Part shown: in pieces, positions 23,830 through 36,500 of the stretch
Position numbering within the stretch: the first letter of the stretch is position 1
Layout: the number at the start of each line of letters is the position of its first letter
DNA from: Camelus ferus
Lineage: Eukaryota
DNA length: 64,000 nt
Direction: 5' to 3'
Assembly: GCF_009834535.1 (NCBI RefSeq)
Contig: NC_045697.1
Location: 73,472,001-73,536,000 of the forward strand
Notes under the pieces: model-generated
Told to the model about the DNA's origin: nothing
What the model saw: the letters and a program-made list of their open reading frames with translations, nothing else
The model's database searches: none
Made by a program: the position numbers and the translations under genes

Positions 23830-25930
23830 GTTTTAGAGCTAGAAACAAGTTTAGAAACCATCTATTCTAACCCATGAACTCTTCAGATGAGGATGCAGAC
23901 CCTGAGAAAATATCGATCAGGTCATATAGGGAAGCCAAGGCAGGAATTAAGCTGTCTTAAAGCAGCAATTACCTTGTATTCATATAGGTAATGAAGGATA
24001 GCAAAATCCCATCAAATCCTGGGGCTGAACAGAACTTACAGATGGTCCATTATTCTTTGCTTTATCACTTCCAATAATAGGCAAACAGCTCTTTCTACCT
24101 TGGAATGCCACTAAAAGTTAGAAATGTTTTTGAAAGAGTAATTCTCAGTGTCTTATACTGAGTCATAATTTGCCTTCCCACAACTCTGCAGCAATAGTCC
24201 TAGCCTTGAATTTCCCAACAGTAATAACAATCCTCTCCCCTTTCCGTGGGGCAGGTGTTTCTAAACAACACATAGCACCCTTAAATCTCCCTCTTCTCCA
24301 GTTCTTCTAAACTTCTTATGGTGTGGCCTCCCTCTGTCCCAACAATAATCTTCTTAGAATTTCGCCCTTGGATCTGTTAGAACACTTTCCGTTAAAGGTG
24401 ATTAAAAAAAAAAACAAAACTCAATTTGGCTTAAAGAATAACTGAAAACTCCAGCCTCAGGGCAATTTAGGCATACTTGGGTCGGAGCTCTGAGTCTATT
24501 TCCCGTTGGTTTGCTCTTCTCTGCCTTTATCTCTGTGTTAACTTTCCCCTCAGACTGATGACTTCCCTCATAGTTGTTGGATGCCTGCCAGAAGCAATTA
24601 GTGCTGTGCGATGCCTCATTCAGCAGGAGAGGCAGGTTGCTTCCCATTAACTGCTGGGAAAAAGACAACACTGAGATTTACATCAATTGGCCACCCCAGA
24701 ACCCAATCCCTAAAATCAGGCAAATGCCACACACTGATAAGCTTAGGCCTGGATTAATTAAACCAATTACAGTGCAAAGGAAGATGGAATTTTCCTGACT
24801 GGCTTCACTGGGCATAGCCTGCCCTTGAAGCTGGAGTGAGGTCAAGTCGACTCAAACCGTATTGCCGGTATCAACAGGGCAGGCGAAATGGACATGGAAG
24901 AAATAGCCCTATCTGCTGGCCGCCATGCGTCTATATAACCGTATGTGGTACTCAGGACGGGTCTGACTGGAGTCCAGGTGCAGTGAAATATTAGAAATCA
25001 GTCTTATTGCTACTCCCCTCATTTTGGAAACTCTTCCTCCATTAACACAGTCTTAGCTTGAATTCACTTTTTTTTTTAAGCAGGTACAACTTTTGACATT
25101 TGTGGTTAACAAAAGGATCTAAAGTGTTTTTCATTTCGCTTTGTATTGCTTTGAGATGAACTTTAAAAATCTCTCATATGACTGATTTTCAAAGCCAAAA
25201 CTTAACATGCATTTCTGTTGCTAAATAACAAAGTCCTGATTTTTGTGCAAGACCTTTTTGAATTCTATCAGTCAATATATTAGCTCACTCCTTCAAGACT
25301 GATGTCTCTTCGATCAGATTAGAGTTCAAAGTGTAACAAGACAAGGCTAAGGACAAAGCTGTGAAACACAGCCTGAAAAACCTCCTTGCGAGCTAACACC
25401 AAATTACTAATTACACATGGTGTTCAACCACCTACACATCTGCCTACTCCTACTATCAGCCAGGCACATTTCCACACCAGGCCACGAGGACATCTGGATG
25501 ATTTCATCAAAATCCTTACTTAGACACAAAGAGGGCAACTTCACAACCTCCTGAAATCTCCCAGGCAACTCAGCCTGTGGAAAACTAAATCAGGCTAATT
25601 TGGCAGGAATGTTTCTACTCCTTTCAGACTGGATCCTACAGGTAGATTCATTCTTTTCTAAGTACTCACAATTCCTTGTTAGAGTAATCCATTCTAGAAC
25701 AGTTAAAGATCAACATTGCTGATATAATAGTTTCTAGAATCTACCATTTTACTCTTTGAGAGAATTGGTACAATGTTCTCTCAGATCACATCTCCTGGCA
25801 CCATTCCCTTCCTCCATGGTTTCTGTAGATGGCTGCCAATCATTCTGTGATTACCTCTGTAAGCCTTTCAACACAGGATGTAATATGTCTATGGCTACAA
25901 ACTAGAATTCATTTAACATGTCTGGGTGGC
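23830..25930 (-). mobile_element. L3/CR1 LINE relic (3' end and RT region), interrupted by an MLT1 LTR
   Basis: CR1-type segments in order: 'gggtctgactggagt', 'ttaacacagtcttagcttgaattc', 'aacaagacaaggctaaggacaaagctgtg', 'tgttcaaccacctacacatc', 'catcaaaatccttact' (reverse complement SKDFD; consensus SKAFD), 'ctcctggcaccattcc...ggatgtaat'. Confidence 0.8.
24430..24920. mobile_element. Old MaLR LTR (MLT1K/L-like) inserted into L3
   Basis: 'gctcttctctgcctttatctctgtgttaactttcccctcagact...ccaattacagtgcaaaggaagatggaa...tgcccttgaagctggagtgaggtca'. Confidence 0.6.
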
Positions 25931-26169
25931 TTTTTATAATCTATTTTTTCTGGGACTGCAATTCACTTGTAATTGTGTTTTTCTATTCATTCTAGTTTGA
26001 TAATAACTTTTCCATAATGACAAGGACAGATGCAAAATAGGAGTGGAATGATCCTGCCTCCTGTCTGTATCTGCGAGCATCTCACCATCTTCTGTAAGCA
26101 GTGGGGAGATCAATTGTATATTCATAATTACAATTCCTAGCTGTTACATAAGTCCTCTTCATTGGGAAC

Positions 26170-26470
26170 ACTCTTCTTGTTCTCAATCTTTTTATCATCT
26201 TTTATTCGTCCATCAAATCTTAGAGTTAATCTCCCCAAGAGGGCTTCATTGAGTCTCAGAACCTAAATGAAGCACCACTCCTGTGTCCTACAATCCCTCC
26301 TGATAGCCTTCCGAGGAATCTGGCACACGCTATTGTAACTGCCTGTGACATCAGCGCTCCCCATTCAACAAGACATTAGAAGGCAAGGCCTTCACCTTAT
26401 TTTTTTCTGCAGAGACTTTCACAGTGCTTGGCACCAAAGAGGTGCTTAATCAATATGAACAATTATTAAA
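26170..26470 (+). mobile_element. L2 3' end
   Basis: 'tattgtaactgcctg...tagaaggcaaggcc...cacagtgcttggcaccaaagaggtgcttaatcaatatgaa'. Confidence 0.75.
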
Positions 26471-27679
26471 TTAATTAAACATGTAAAGGTCCTTTTTGTT
26501 AATTTTAGCATTTTTCCAATTCTCATATTTTTTCCCAAAATTTATTTTACTGCCACATTGCCATAAACAAGTTTCCTTGGTGATCAAAACTAAATCCAGA
26601 GTGACAATTTTTTCAGAACTTTTCCCAATAAAAAGGGTTTGTTTGGCCTCTAAGGTATTTGTCAATATAATGTTTCTTTTGAAAAAAGCAAGAAAAAAAT
26701 CTACATCCATATATACTTAATCAGAAAACCATGGCTCATTATAAATTCATTTTTGAGGCATGTGAAGTATACCCTTACAAATGGGAACATAAGAAAATAA
26801 AAGTGAGGTGACCACCTTTGCAAAGACAAAAATAAAACAAATTTCCTGGTTTAGAATTTTTTAAAACACATTTTAGACATTCAGGCCAATTTAATATTTT
26901 GAAAGCTTGAAAAATACGTTTTTTATCAAATGCTTTTAGTACATTTTACATAGTCTTTAGTTTTTTTATTTTTACCAAGAGTATTTCTTACTGATGTACT
27001 TTTCTTACAACAATAAACCTTAACTTACTCAATTTGTCACCCGTTCACTAGTTTATAAAATTTTAAAGCTAATGTTGTAACAAACTCAAATAATAGTATT
27101 TCATATTTATAAGTGCATCCTGGGATGAATAAATAATGAAAATACAGTCAGCTTCTATTAAAAGTGTAGAGTCTGAATATTTAAGAAGTTATCTACCAAC
27201 AGGGAAGTGGAACAGTCCTGATTTCATCTGATTTTAAAATTTAAGTAGATTTGATCCAGGTTGGGTCTTGAACACTTGACAAAAATACCATTTGCTCATT
27301 TTGTTTTTTTCTGTTTAACACTAGCATGCAGCAATTGTCTTGATCTATTGCCACATATTACTTGCTCTAGTACTTTTTTGAAATAGCTTGGGCTATGTCT
27401 ACACACTTGATAACAAGCTTGCCTGACTATACTTTTCAATTGTACTAATCAGTCAAAGGCCATTTATAAGCAACTACAATTGACTGAGGCCCAGAAGTAT
27501 GTTTCTCTGATTAGGGTTAAGAGAGAAAAATTGTTGCTGATTGGTACAATTGAAAGTTATGATACAAACTATTCTGCTGCAATTCTTTAGCCAAGTGTAA
27601 TGACAGATCCCAAGAGAGAAGACAAAAATAAGTTGCCTTTAATTTTTTTAAGTATTATTAATATACTTAAAATTCATTT

Positions 27680-27800
27680 TGTACCTAGTGCTAATACAAC
27701 CATGAATTATCTGTACAATCTAGAGCAAATCACTTAACCTCTCTAGGTCTCAATTTTTCCATATAAAAATTAGGGTCTCCAAAAATTGCAATCTGTAAAG
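27680..27800 (+). mobile_element. MIR fragment
   Basis: 'gcaaatcacttaacctctctaggtctcaatttttccatataaaaattaggg'. Confidence 0.7.
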
Positions 27801-28451
27801 TTTGTAATAGGGAGTCTTTTAGTTATTTTTAACATGTCAGAAAGTTCTTAGGAAACTTGTACTTAACCACAATACAGATTCAAAAGCCCACTATAGCTTC
27901 TGATACATTAAAACCACTCAATAATTAATGAATTAGGGAATGGATAAGAGAATGCATGAAAAAAGTAAATAATGAGTAAAAAATTAGAACATTAGCTTTT
28001 GTCTACACTTATATCAACCTGTAATCTATTGGTTATTGTTTCTTGACCTGTTGTCCAATTATATATGCTCTTGACTATAGAAAAGTGAATTGAATTACTT
28101 TTTATATTTGAGGAATAAAATATTTTTAATATTCAAAGTCATGGATATTAATAAAAATGATCCTTGGGAACAATAATTAGAAACCACTGAAAGAGGAAAT
28201 AGTTCCACCTACACAAGTATTGTTAATTCTTCTCATTGTCTCTATTACACTCGTGAGGAGTTCTTGAACTTTTTCACAGGGATCTTTGTCTATTTCATTA
28301 CTTGGTGGCTTTGAACCTATCCGTAACTCTCCCTTAGTCTAAAATCTCAGCTGACCCTTAAAGAAAATCATTAAAAATTTTCTTATTTATTTACTGACTG
28401 CAACTAATATAAGCTCAATTTTACTACATTTAAAGCAACATTTGCCTCCAA

Positions 28452-29300
28452 GTCTGTTTCTGGCTTACTTCACTTAGAATGACAATCTCCGGTTCCATCC
28501 ATGTTGTTGTAAATGGCATTATTTTATTATTTTTAATGGCTGAGTAGTATTCCATTTTATATGTGTGTGTGTGTGTGTGTGTATATATACACACCACAGC
28601 TTCTTTATCTATATCTGTATCTAAGTACCTATAGATATAGATATAGATATAGATATATATCACAGCTTCTTTATCCAGTCATCTGTCAATGGACATTTAG
28701 GCTGCTGCCATGTCTTGGCTATTGTATATAGTGCTGCTATGAATATTGGGGTGCATGTAGCTTTTCAAATTAGAGTTCCTACTGAATATATGCTCAGGAG
28801 TGGGATTGCTGGATCATATGGTAAGTCTATTTTTAGTTTTTTGAGGAATCTCCATACTGTTTTCCATAATGGCTTCACCAAACTACATTCCCACCAGTAG
28901 TGTAGGAGGGTTCCCTTTTCTCCACACCCTCTCCAGTATTTATCATTCACAGACTTTTTAATGATGGCCATTCTGACTGGTGTGAAGTGATACCTCATTG
29001 TAGTTTTGATTTGCATTTCCCTGATAATAAGTGATATTGAGCATTTTTTCATGTGCCTATTGACCATTGTATGTCTTCATTGGAGAAATGTTTGTCTAGG
29101 TCTTCTGCCCATTTTTGGATTGAGTCGGTTTGTTTTTTGTTGTTGTTGTTGTTATTAAGTTGTATGAGCGGTTTATATATTCTGGAAATTAAGCTTTTGT
29201 CAGTCTCATAATTTGCAAATATTTTCTCCCAGTCCGTAGGTTGTCACTTTATTTTAGTTATGGTTTCCATCGCTGTGCAAAAGCTTATAAGTTTAATTAG
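28452..29300 (-). mobile_element. Young L1, inverted 5' segment (ORF2 C-terminus and start of 3'UTR)
   Basis: ORF 28765-29067(-) reads ...[23 protein letters not shown]...[15 protein letters not shown]...PYDPAIPLL, the L1 ORF2p C-terminal Cys-rich region. Left TSD copy aaagcaacatttgcctc at 28432-28448. Confidence 0.95.
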
Positions 29301-29566
29301 TAAACAGTCTTATGGTTACCAGGGGAAAGAGGGTGGGGAGGGATAAATTTGGGAGTTTGAGATTTGTAGATGTTAACCACTATATATAAAAATAGATATA
29401 AAACAAGTCTCTTTTGTATAGCACACAGAACTATATTCAATATCCTGTAATAACCTTTAATAAAAAAGAATATGAAAATGAATATATGTATATGCATGAC
29501 TAGGACATTATGCTGTACACCAGAAATTGACAAATTATAACTGGCTGTACTTCAGTAAAATTTAAA
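29301..29566 (+). mobile_element. Same L1 insertion, non-inverted 3' end
   Basis: 'cttatggttaccaggggaaagagggtggggagggataaatttgggagtttgag...tgctgtacaccagaaattgac', followed by right TSD copy aaagcaacatttgtctc (29567-29583). Confidence 0.93.
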
Positions 29567-30510
29567 AAAGCAACATTTGTCTCAACAATTCATTCATTCA
29601 TAATGATAGAATCTGAGAGTGAAGCATAATTCTTCCCTCCAGGACAAGAGAATCTAATTAAATGAGGAAAAGTTAGGAAGTTTTTTATCCCTCTTTTACT
29701 TAGGTCAAATTATTAGGCCTTCTCTTTATGTAAAGAAAACATTTTCTTGCTTTTTAAAGTTATAAATTTAAAAAATAGTGCTATTTCTTCTAACTTGCCC
29801 ATAGATATGTTCCTGAATTCATAAAACTTTACTCACTCTTTATTTTTGTTATAGCTGAGGTAGTAATAGGCTCTAGTTTTGTTGTAATTTATCAGCATTC
29901 TCTGTTAAAAGGCCTTCATTAATTGATCTTCTTTTTCTCAGAATTTTATTCATAGAATTTACTTCCTCATATGTCTGGATATTTTTTACTACATGCTAGA
30001 CATTGTATTTGAAACATTATTTGGGAAATATTTTGAGGACTAAAATAATGGTATTTTCCTTCAAGGAGGGCTTGTGTTTACTTGGGGGTACTTCCAGGTC
30101 AAGACAAGAGGTTGCATCAAAATCTCAATACCTGGGCTGTGACTTACTCTGGGCTGTGTTATTCCAGTGAATCTCACCCTGAGACGTGGCACTTTGACAC
30201 TTCAGCTCACTGTAGAGACAGTCTCTTGTTTGACTCTGAATCTTAACAGAGCTCTAAGCTTTGCTGTTGAGTACTTTATTTCTGGAGCAACTTATAACAA
30301 AGGTTTTCATGTTCTGGGAAAAAATCAAATGCAATGGGGCAAAGGAAGCTTATTTTAACAATCTTCTGCACTAAATGCACAAATAATTCAATTCCTATTC
30401 AGAAACATAGGTTTTTGTATGTTATTTGATGTTAAGTAGATGCCTTTTTGTGTATGTTTGCACAAGCTACAAACTGATTTTTTTAATTTTTGTACAAAGG
30501 AATTGACTAG

Positions 30511-30906
30511 CATCCTAGTCAGCTCAGGCTGCTATAATAGGCTGTCTATGTACCACAGACTTGGCAGTTTATAAATAATAGGAATCTATTTTTCACAGTT
30601 CTGGAGACTGGATGTCTGAGATCAAGGTGCCAGCATGGACAGGTTCTGATGAGAACCCTCTTGTGGATTGCAGAGTGCTGACTTCTCCTTGTATCCTCAC
30701 ATGGCTGGAAAAACAACGACAACAACAACAACAACAAAACTAGAAAGCTCTCTGTGGTCTCTTTTATAAGGCACTAATCTGATTCACGAGAGTTCCACCC
30801 TCATGACTAGTTCCCCTCTAAGGCCCCACCTCCCAGTATCATCACATTGGAGGTTAGGATTTCAACATACATATTTCGGTGGTACAAAAACATTCAGTCC
30901 ATAACA
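30511..30906 (-). mobile_element. Complete MLT1A-like MaLR solo LTR with 5-bp TSD
   Basis: 'tcacagttctggagactggatgtctgagatcaaggtgccagca...ccaccctcatgac...cattcagtccataaca', flanked by ACTAG at 30506-30510 and 30907-30911. Confidence 0.93.
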
Positions 30907-31587
30907 ACTAGGATAGTGGTCCTGTTATAAGAATCTGAGTGCCATGGAATTGAAGCTCTAAGCAGTTCTAAACTCTGTTTAAAATAATTTAAAAATTTAT
31001 TTGTGTTTAGAAGTGCATGCTTTATAATAAATAAAAAGGCTATCCAACATAATCCTGTTTTCTGTTTATAATTAAAAGTGAGAATTTAATGTCCTATCAA
31101 AGAATATTAATTTATCCCTTAAAGTAAATCACAATAGCAAGAAGGAGAATGACACAACCTTATCATCTATGTTTTCTATTGTCTAGCAATAAGCACTCCA
31201 AGCCAGACTGACCAGTGCACTGACCTCAGACATGAAACTTAAATCTTTGCAGGCCAACTTACCTTTAAGAGTCAAGCTGAAAAACATTAATTTTCATTCA
31301 TAATCTCCAAGTAGAAGCAGAGATAAAATTCAAGTATAAAAGAAAGTCCAATCAATAATGAACATCAAATCAACAAATTGTAAATACGCAATGGTAGACA
31401 ATATGGAATTTTCATCCTGAGAATCTATTTGGCTCCACTGCCTCTGTTTTACAAATTCCTTCATTATATGGTCCAAAATAAGAATAGCCTTTGGAAAAAA
31501 CTCCAGAATAATGAAAGTCTTTCTACTAGAACCTAAGCAGCACATTTTCTGTGATAAGCAGTAAGTAATTTAATAGTAATTTAAACA

Positions 31588-33085
31588 ACTTAATAAGATA
31601 AAATTTATATATCAGAATATCTGCTCATTTAAAGTTCAATGGTTTTTAGTTTATTTACTGAGTTGTGCAACTATCACTATAAGCTAGTTTTAGGAAATTT
31701 TCATTACCTCAAAAAGAAATATGCACACATTTGTATTTACTTCCCATTTGCCTTCACTCAACCTCCCTACCCCCAGCCCTAGACACCCACTAATCACTTT
31801 CTGTAGAGAAATTGCCTAATCTAGACATTTCATATAAGTGAGATCATGCACTATATGGTTTTTTGTGACTGGCTTCCTTTACTTGGCATACTATTTTTAG
31901 GTTCACTCATGTTGTGGCAGTTATCAGTACTTCATTCCTTTTTACTGCCTAATAATATTCCATTGAATAGATATGCCATATTTTGTTTATTTACTCAGCA
32001 GTTGTTGGAAATTTGAGTTGTTTCCACTTTTTGGCTATTATGAATAATGCCATTATGAACATTTGTGTGCAAGTTTTGGTGTAAACATATGTCTTTGTTC
32101 CTTTTGAGAATACTTCAGAGTAGATTTGCAAATCATAAGGTAATTCTATATTTAACATTCTGAGGAACTGTCGTACTGTTTTCCAATACTGCCCCAATTA
32201 ACATTCCCACTGGCAATGTTTGAGGGTTTCAATTTCTTCACACCCTCACCAATCTCTTCTTATTGTCAGTCTTTTCTTTTTAACTATTATTATAGCTACT
32301 ATAGTGAGTTGTAAAGTAGTATCTCACTGTGGCTTTGATTAGCATTCCTGCGATGATTAATAATTTTGAACATTTTAATGTGCTTTTTGGATGTTCCTGT
32401 ATCCACAAACATTTTTTCAAATCCTTTGCCCATTTTTAATTGGATTATTTGCCTTTTTGTTAATGAAATTCATATATTCTGGGTACAGTCTCATCAAAAA
32501 CAGGATTTGCAAATATTTTCTCTTTTCAGTTTCTTGATGATGTCATTTGCAACACAAAAGCTTAAAATGTTGATGCAGTTCAATTTATCACTTGTTCCTT
32601 TTTTAGTTTGTGCTTTTTGTGTCATAGCTAAAAAATCATTATATAATCGTTGTATAATCCAAAGTCACAAAGATTTATGCATATGTTTTCTTCTATGAAT
32701 TTTATAGGTTTAACACTTACATAGATCTTTGACCCATTTTAAGTTAAATTTTGTATGATGTGAATTAAGGGTCCAGATTCATTATTTTGCATGTTGTCCC
32801 ACCACTACTTATTGAAAAGCCTACTCTTTCCCCATTGAGTTGCCTTGGCATCTTTGTCAGAATCAACTGACCATAGATGTTAAGGGTTAGTTTCTGGACC
32901 CTCATTTCTATTTCATTGATCTATATGTCTATCTTTATGATAGTACCACACTTTTTCATTGCTATTGCTTTGTAGTAAGTTTTAGAACTGAGTTTTACAA
33001 TTTTTTTCTTCTGTTTCAAGATTGTTTTGATTATTCTTGATCTCTTGCATTTACATATGAATTTTAGAATCAGCTGATACAATCC
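31588..33085 (-). mobile_element. L1MB-like element (3'UTR and ORF2 C-terminus)
   Basis: 3' end 'ttcaatggtttttagtttatttactgagttgtgcaactatcac'. ORF 31991-32197(-) WKTVRQFLRMLNIELPYD...TCTQMFIMALFIIAKKWKQ is ORF2p C-terminal sequence. Confidence 0.92.
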
Positions 33086-33149
33086 TTTTAGAGCAACATT
33101 TACATGTTAGCTCACATTAATTCCTGTTCAATGTCATACCTTTTTCAAA

Positions 33150-34150
33150 GTATTTTCTAATCTAATGTTTCATTTCTTTCAACCTCTACCTTTCCATTGG
33201 GCTCTTCTTATTTTCCTAATTTTCATCACTAATCGTGCTTAGTTATCCCCATTCTTAAAAAAAAAAAAAATCATTTCTTGACATTGTCTCACCTTTCACA
33301 GTCCAAATTCTTTAAAGAGTAGTTTCTATCTTTACTTTTAAGTCTCTCTTACAGCTATATGGAAAAAAAGTTATCAATGATGTTCTAGTTGCCAAAGTTT
33401 CACATTTTCAATCCTATTGCAACATTTTATATTTTTCATCCTTTCCTCATTTGTTTTTATGGTACTACCATAGTCTCTTGTATATTTCTATTTCCTCCTG
33501 TCTATGTCTATTTCACTCAACTCTTGCTTCTATTCTTTACATGTTGGTGTTACCCAGGATTTTTCTCCTCAGCTTTCACCTTTTTCTCATCTTACAAACT
33601 CTCACCAATCTCTAAAACTAAACTCTAATCACAGCCTCCCTTTTACAGGTTTTATTTATCTTCACATGGATATTCAATAAGCATCTCAAAAACAAAAAGT
33701 TGAAATCAATATCTTTCTTGTCAAAACTTGTTCCTCATTCTTCCCACTGTAGATCAATAAATATGCAACCTAATTTAAAAGCAAAGGGTTTTGAAGTCAT
33801 TTTAGCTCTCCCCCTTCCCCACTTTTCTCATATATAAATGGTAAATTTGTCAGCTTTATCTCTAAAAATTTTCTCCCTTTCATCCACTTCTCTTCATTTT
33901 CTGCCTCAGCTCAATTCTTCATCATTTTTTACTTGGACTCCTGTAAGAACTTGCACTCCACCTTTCATAGTTCCAAAGATTTTGCTTAAAATACAGAACT
34001 TACCACATCACTCCTATCCTTAAAAGTCATTTAGTGACTTCCCATTACCTGTAGAATAATTAAATCTACTTAGTTTGATGTTACTAGTACTGTAAAACTC
34101 AGTCTCAGCTTATTTTTTCAATCTTATGCTCAATGACACAATTGGTGCTT
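33150..34150 (+). mobile_element. L2 fragment
   Basis: CT-rich; 'cacatggatattcaataagcatctcaaa', 'gtgacttcccattacctgtagaataattaaatc'. Confidence 0.65.
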
Positions 34151-34214
34151 CAGCAATCCCTTCACTCTCTCTGTTGCTTCACTTCCCAAATATACCACCA
34201 ACACACACACTGCT

Positions 34215-34520
34215 GTTTTAGCCGTAAAGGACTTGCTCACCAGAAAACTCACACATTGCTTATACATTTAAATGAAATGGAAGCAGAAGAGGGAAGAGAA
34301 GAAAGCCAAGCAAGAGTGTAATCTCAAACAGAGACCTGCAGAGGAACTCTGGAGTAAGCTACCCTTTACAGATCTCCAAAGCAAAGAAGCTAAGTTGTCA
34401 TACTCCTGCATCTGTCAGCCACTGGTCAAGGGCTGTACAAAAAGGGACTAAATTACCAGAAATGTCGAGATTTCTGCATGTGTGTACAAAGCACCTCAAC
34501 CAAAAAAGTACAGTTCTCAA
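34215..34520. mobile_element. ERVL-class LTR fragment (LTR33-like)
   Basis: 'ggaagcagaagagggaagagaagaaagccaagcaagagtgtaatctc...gaactctggagt...catctgtcagccactggtcaagggctg'. Confidence 0.55.
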
Positions 34521-34559
34521 AGTAGAAGAATAGTTCAAATTTGGCATATTTTAGTCAAA

Positions 34560-36500
34560 ATAGTTTTTGTACTTGGTTACTTCTCTTGGTTCTCATTTTC
34601 CCTTCAATTTTGGCCTTGTCTTATCAACTCTTCTATGATTATAATAATAATTTTAATATTTCATCTGCTTTTTTTAGTTGTCTACAATGAGATGCTTGGT
34701 TCTAATAACCTAATTCAACTTTCTTTTGTAATTCTAAGTCCCATCTTTATTCTCAATTTACATTGTCTTTTACTTGAAGTGTTTCTTTTATATTTTAAAT
34801 ATTGTTGGATAATGTTTTTCTAATTCACTCTAAGATCTGTTTTGTCAGTGAATTTAACACATTTACCTTTATTGCAATTGTTGCTAGCATTCATTTCTGT
34901 CTTAATATTTTGTTCATTTTTTTGTTTCATATTTTCAATACCCTACTTAAATTCTCCTTTCATACTTTCCATTGGACATATCAAGTTTCTTCTTCTTGTA
35001 TGAAAGTTAATGTTGCATGTTCTTTCTTCTTTTGGTTACCAGTAAAATGAGATATAGCTGCATTAATTTTTTTTTCTTTTCTACCTAATTGTTATGCTTA
35101 TCAATATCCTTATCATCTAAACTCTCTCATAACATACTCCTCACTCCCACCATGTTTGTATTTTCTTCACTTTTCAGTCTGAGATTTATGGATCTTTTAT
35201 GGATTTTAGGTTTAACAACAAGAAAACTTATTAAGCTATTTCCTCATCCCTACATTTCATATATTTCTTAGATCTTCCTAGGGTTATTTGACAACTTACT
35301 GGTGTACTTCTGAAAGAGTTTTCAAAAGAGCCATTTGCTTGATGAAACTTCTGAGTTCTTGTTGGTCTAAAAATATGTAAGTATATTTTCTTCACATTTG
35401 AATATAGTAGTCTGGATTTAAAGTTCTTTTATTGTGACTCTTTAAAAATGTTACTCCTCATACACAAAATAAAATGCTATATGTACTTTGTATATAAGAT
35501 TAACATTGAGAAGTATGTTATTGGTCCATTTCTTGTTTCTTTTAAAATAATCTGCTCTCTCTATTGGGAGCTTTAAGAAAGGTCTCTGATATTTTAAAAT
35601 TCACTTTAATATGTTTATGTTTAATTGTCCTAAAGGTTTGGTACTACAAAACTTTTCAATCTTCATCTTTCTTTAATTTTTAGAGATTCTAGGTCATTAT
35701 TTCTTCAAATAATTCCTCCTTTCCATTTTTTTTCACAATCAGTTTTCTGGAAAACCTTTAATGTGAAAGTCAACCCTTGTACACACATCCTCCACATCTC
35801 TAAACTTGTTTTACTACTCGTTTTTGTCCCTTCGTGATAACTTTCCTGGATTCCTTAACTTAATCTTTAGTCACTAATTTATTACACAGTTGTACTCATT
35901 CTCATATTTTAATCCTTATATTGAGTCATTAATTTTTTTCTTTAAAACATTATTCTGCTTATCTTTTCAGATATTCTCTTTTATCTCTTTGAGAATATTG
36001 ATTATGCTTCCCTTTTATTGAGTTTTTGTTTATATTTAAGTTTTTGGTCCACTAATTGCCCTTAATGTGCTATAGAGTAGAGGGATTCACCTCAAGTTTG
36101 AGATTTTCTAACTTTGCGGCCTGGGCTGAACCACTCTTTGTGTATCCCTCCCCACAGCAACCCTACCCTCAGGGAATCCTCCTTTCCTCCTCTCTAGTCC
36201 TGGCAGGAATGGTGGGGAGGAGATTCTCAGGAGCCAGCCAAAATGCCTGAGAATCCGTTGTTAATCACCTTCCACTATAGCTAAGCAAAGTTCCACCCGC
36301 TATTTTCCCACCATCTGTCACAGGTGCTGGGCTGGTGGTACTGCTTCTTGCTACTTACTGTAGGCAATAAGCCATGCAGGGCAATGTGAGGAAAAGCAGG
36401 AATTACAACTTAAAAGTTCCTCCCCCAAATTCTGTTGTCCTTGTACCCAGCCCTTTTCATATCTAGGTTGTTCTTTCCTTACACGAAAACCAATTAGCTT
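34560..36500 (-). mobile_element. Ancient L1/HAL1-type 5'/ORF1 region
   Basis: T-rich strand; 'gtcagtgaatttaacacatttacctttattg', 'tttctttaatttttagagattctaggtcattatttcttcaaataattcctcc'. Confidence 0.6.
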
